A DNA stretch of 64,000 nucleotides from Alphaproteobacteria bacterium. Its GTDB lineage: Bacteria > Pseudomonadota > Alphaproteobacteria > GCA-2746255. Shown piece by piece: positions 62,515 through 64,000 of the stretch. The notes below the pieces were generated by a model. That model was not told where the DNA came from, did not search any database, and saw only the letters and a list, made by a program, of their open reading frames with translations. The position numbers were made by a program, and so were the translations under genes. Positions within the stretch are counted from its first letter, which is position 1. Each line of letters starts with the position of its first letter. The stretch spans positions 65,459 through 129,458 of the forward strand of contig JAGWAR010000002.1 of NCBI GenBank assembly GCA_021296325.1, given 5' to 3'.

Positions 62515-63393
62515 GTGGCGAAAGAACCTTCGAACCCGGACGTCTGGCGCATCGGCCAATCCGATGAAGAGCTAAGTACAGCGCCCACCGTTTACCGGGA
62601 CGGCCTGTTCGAAGGAAAGGTCGTGCTTGTCTCGGGCGCGGGCAGCGGGCTTGGCCGGGGGATTGCCGCCCTTTTCGCCCGCCTGGGCGCCAGCCTCGTC
62701 ATCTGCGGACGGAACGAGGAACGCCTTGCTTCCGCCGAACAATTCCTGAGCTCCCTCGGCGTCAAGGTGCACGCGAAGATCCTATCGATCCGCGAACCCG
62801 ATCAGGTCGAGGCGCTGATGGACGAGGTGTGGGAACGTTTCGGCCGCCTCGACGTGCTGGTCAACAACGCGGGCGGCCAGTTTCCGCAAGAAGCGATCGA
62901 CTTCGCCGACAAGGGCTGGCGGGCCGTCGTCGAGACCAACCTCAACGGCACCTGGTTCATGATGCAGCGCGCGGCGCGGCGCTGGCGCGACCACAACCAG
63001 CAGGGCAACATCGTCAACATTGTCGCCATCTTTGAGCGCGGCATGCCGGGCATCGCCCATACGGGGGCCGCGCGGGCCGCCGTTACGAACCTGTCCAAGA
63101 CCATGGCCGTCGAGTGGGCGCCCCTTGGCATCCGCGTCAATTGCGTCGCGCCGGGCACCGTCGCCACGCCGGGTTTTCGCCAGTACCCGCCGGAGGGCGT
63201 TGAAAGTTTTCAGCAATGCAACGTGCAGCGCCACCCCGGCGACATGCACGACGTGGCCCAGGCGGTCGTCTACCTTGCCGCCGAGTCGGGCAAGTTCATC
63301 ACCGGGGACACCATCCACGTGGACGCCGGCCAGCGCCTATGGGGCGAGAGCTGGCCCGCCGGCAAACCGGACTATTTCAAAGTCGGCGTCTAG
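62515..63393 (+). CDS. Short-chain dehydrogenase/reductase
   Basis: TGAGSGLGRGIA Rossmann motif; NNAG; catalytic region. Confidence 0.85.
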   Translation: MAKEPSNPDVWRIGQSDEELSTAPTVYRDGLFEGKVVLVSGAGSGLGRGIAALFARLGASLVICGRNEERLASAEQFLSSLGVKVHAKILSIREPDQVEALMDEVWERFGRLDVLVNNAGGQFPQEAIDFADKGWRAVVETNLNGTWFMMQRAARRWRDHNQQGNIVNIVAIFERGMPGIAHTGAARAAVTNLSKTMAVEWAPLGIRVNCVAPGTVATPGFRQYPPEGVESFQQCNVQRHPGDMHDVAQAVVYLAAESGKFITGDTIHVDAGQRLWGESWPAGKPDYFKVGV

Positions 63394-63396
63394 GCG

Positions 63397-64000
63397 ATGT
63401 TCAGCGCCCTTTCCGGCATCAAGGTCCTCGACCTTTCCCAATACGTTCCGGGTCCCTATGCAACGCTGATGCTGGCCGATTGCGGCGCCGACGTTCTAAA
63501 GGTCGAGCCCCCCGGCGGCGACCCGATGCGCGGGTTTGCGCCGCTGGACAAGGACGGCGTCTCGCGGATTTACAAGGCCTTCAACCGCAACAAAAAGACG
63601 ATCACGCTCAACCTCAAGACCGACCGGGGCAAGGCGGCCTTCGAAGGGCTGCTGGAGCGGGCCGACATATTGCTGGAGTCCTTCCGCCCGGAGGTAATGG
63701 CAAGGCTCGGTTTTTCGCGCGCGCGCATCGCCGAACTCAATCCGCGGCTTCTGCATTGCGCACTGACCGGCTATGGCCAGGAGGGTCCGCTGAAAGACGC
63801 CTCCGGCCACGACGTGAACTACATGGCGCTGATGGGAGGCCTGGCGGCTTCCGGAACCGGGCAACGGCCGGTCCCGGCCTTTCCGCTGGTTGCCGATCAC
63901 GCCTCGGCCATGCACACCGTGATCGCCCTCCTGGCCGCCCTGCTCGACCGGGCGAAGACGGGCAAGGGCACGTTTCTCGACGTCAGCATCGCCGAATCCG
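63397..64000 (+). CDS. Family-III CoA-transferase (CaiB/BaiF-like), 5' portion only
   Basis: MFSALSGIKVLDLSQYVPGPYATLMLADCGADVLKVEPPGGDP is the canonical family N-terminus. The ORF runs off the window end, so it is absent from the track. Confidence 0.8.
   Translation, partial: MFSALSGIKVLDLSQYVPGPYATLMLADCGADVLKVEPPGGDPMRGFAPLDKDGVSRIYKAFNRNKKTITLNLKTDRGKAAFEGLLERADILLESFRPEVMARLGFSRARIAELNPRLLHCALTGYGQEGPLKDASGHDVNYMALMGGLAASGTGQRPVPAFPLVADHASAMHTVIALLAALLDRAKTGKGTFLDVSIAES

Overview
This is a high-GC (about 65%), gene-dense chromosomal segment with clear alphaproteobacterial character. The evidence is ccrM, a perfect CtrA box, a PodJ-like polar factor, a split atpIBEF'F operon, a Bradyrhizobium-type coxBAEFGC cox cluster, a plant-type gshA, and the mutY-DUF721-dsbA-smc run. 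Reading from the left: 2-oxoacid oxidoreductase tail, fprA-type ferredoxin-NADP reductase, tRNA-Gln, three tandem paralogues carrying a PodJ N-terminal domain, then ispE, a TPR lipoprotein, ETF-QO, a family-4 UDG, Slt, moaB, a TIGR04282/TIGR04283-type glycosyltransferase pair with a divergent radical-SAM gene, rnhB and ccrM. Downstream of ccrM sits an AT-rich island with a DnaA box and a CtrA box ahead of a Rec-HPt gene. Then come mutY, a DciA-like gene, dsbA, smc, the F0 ATP synthase operon, the glycine cleavage operon (gcvT-H-PA-PB) preceded by a lipoprotein gene and a CDGSH gene, thrB, rnhA, a peroxiredoxin, a DsbD/ScsB-like gene, yqgE, an M16 peptidase, thrC, the aa3 cytochrome oxidase cluster (ctaC-ctaD-ctaB-small ORF-ctaG-ctaE-DUF983-surf1), tldD, gshA, rsmE and ubiA. 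The right-hand end is a TetR-associated acyl-CoA catabolic cluster: two ACADs, fadH, an OYE reductase, a MenB-like crotonase, a biotin carboxylase with its carboxyltransferase, a hydratase, an ACAD, an SDR and a CoA-transferase. I saw no mobile elements or CRISPR. The many long antisense ORFs in the six-frame track are high-GC artefacts. The most interesting non-obvious signals are the PodJ-domain triplication, the DnaA/CtrA-box island beside ccrM, and a palindromic candidate operator shared across the catabolic cluster.
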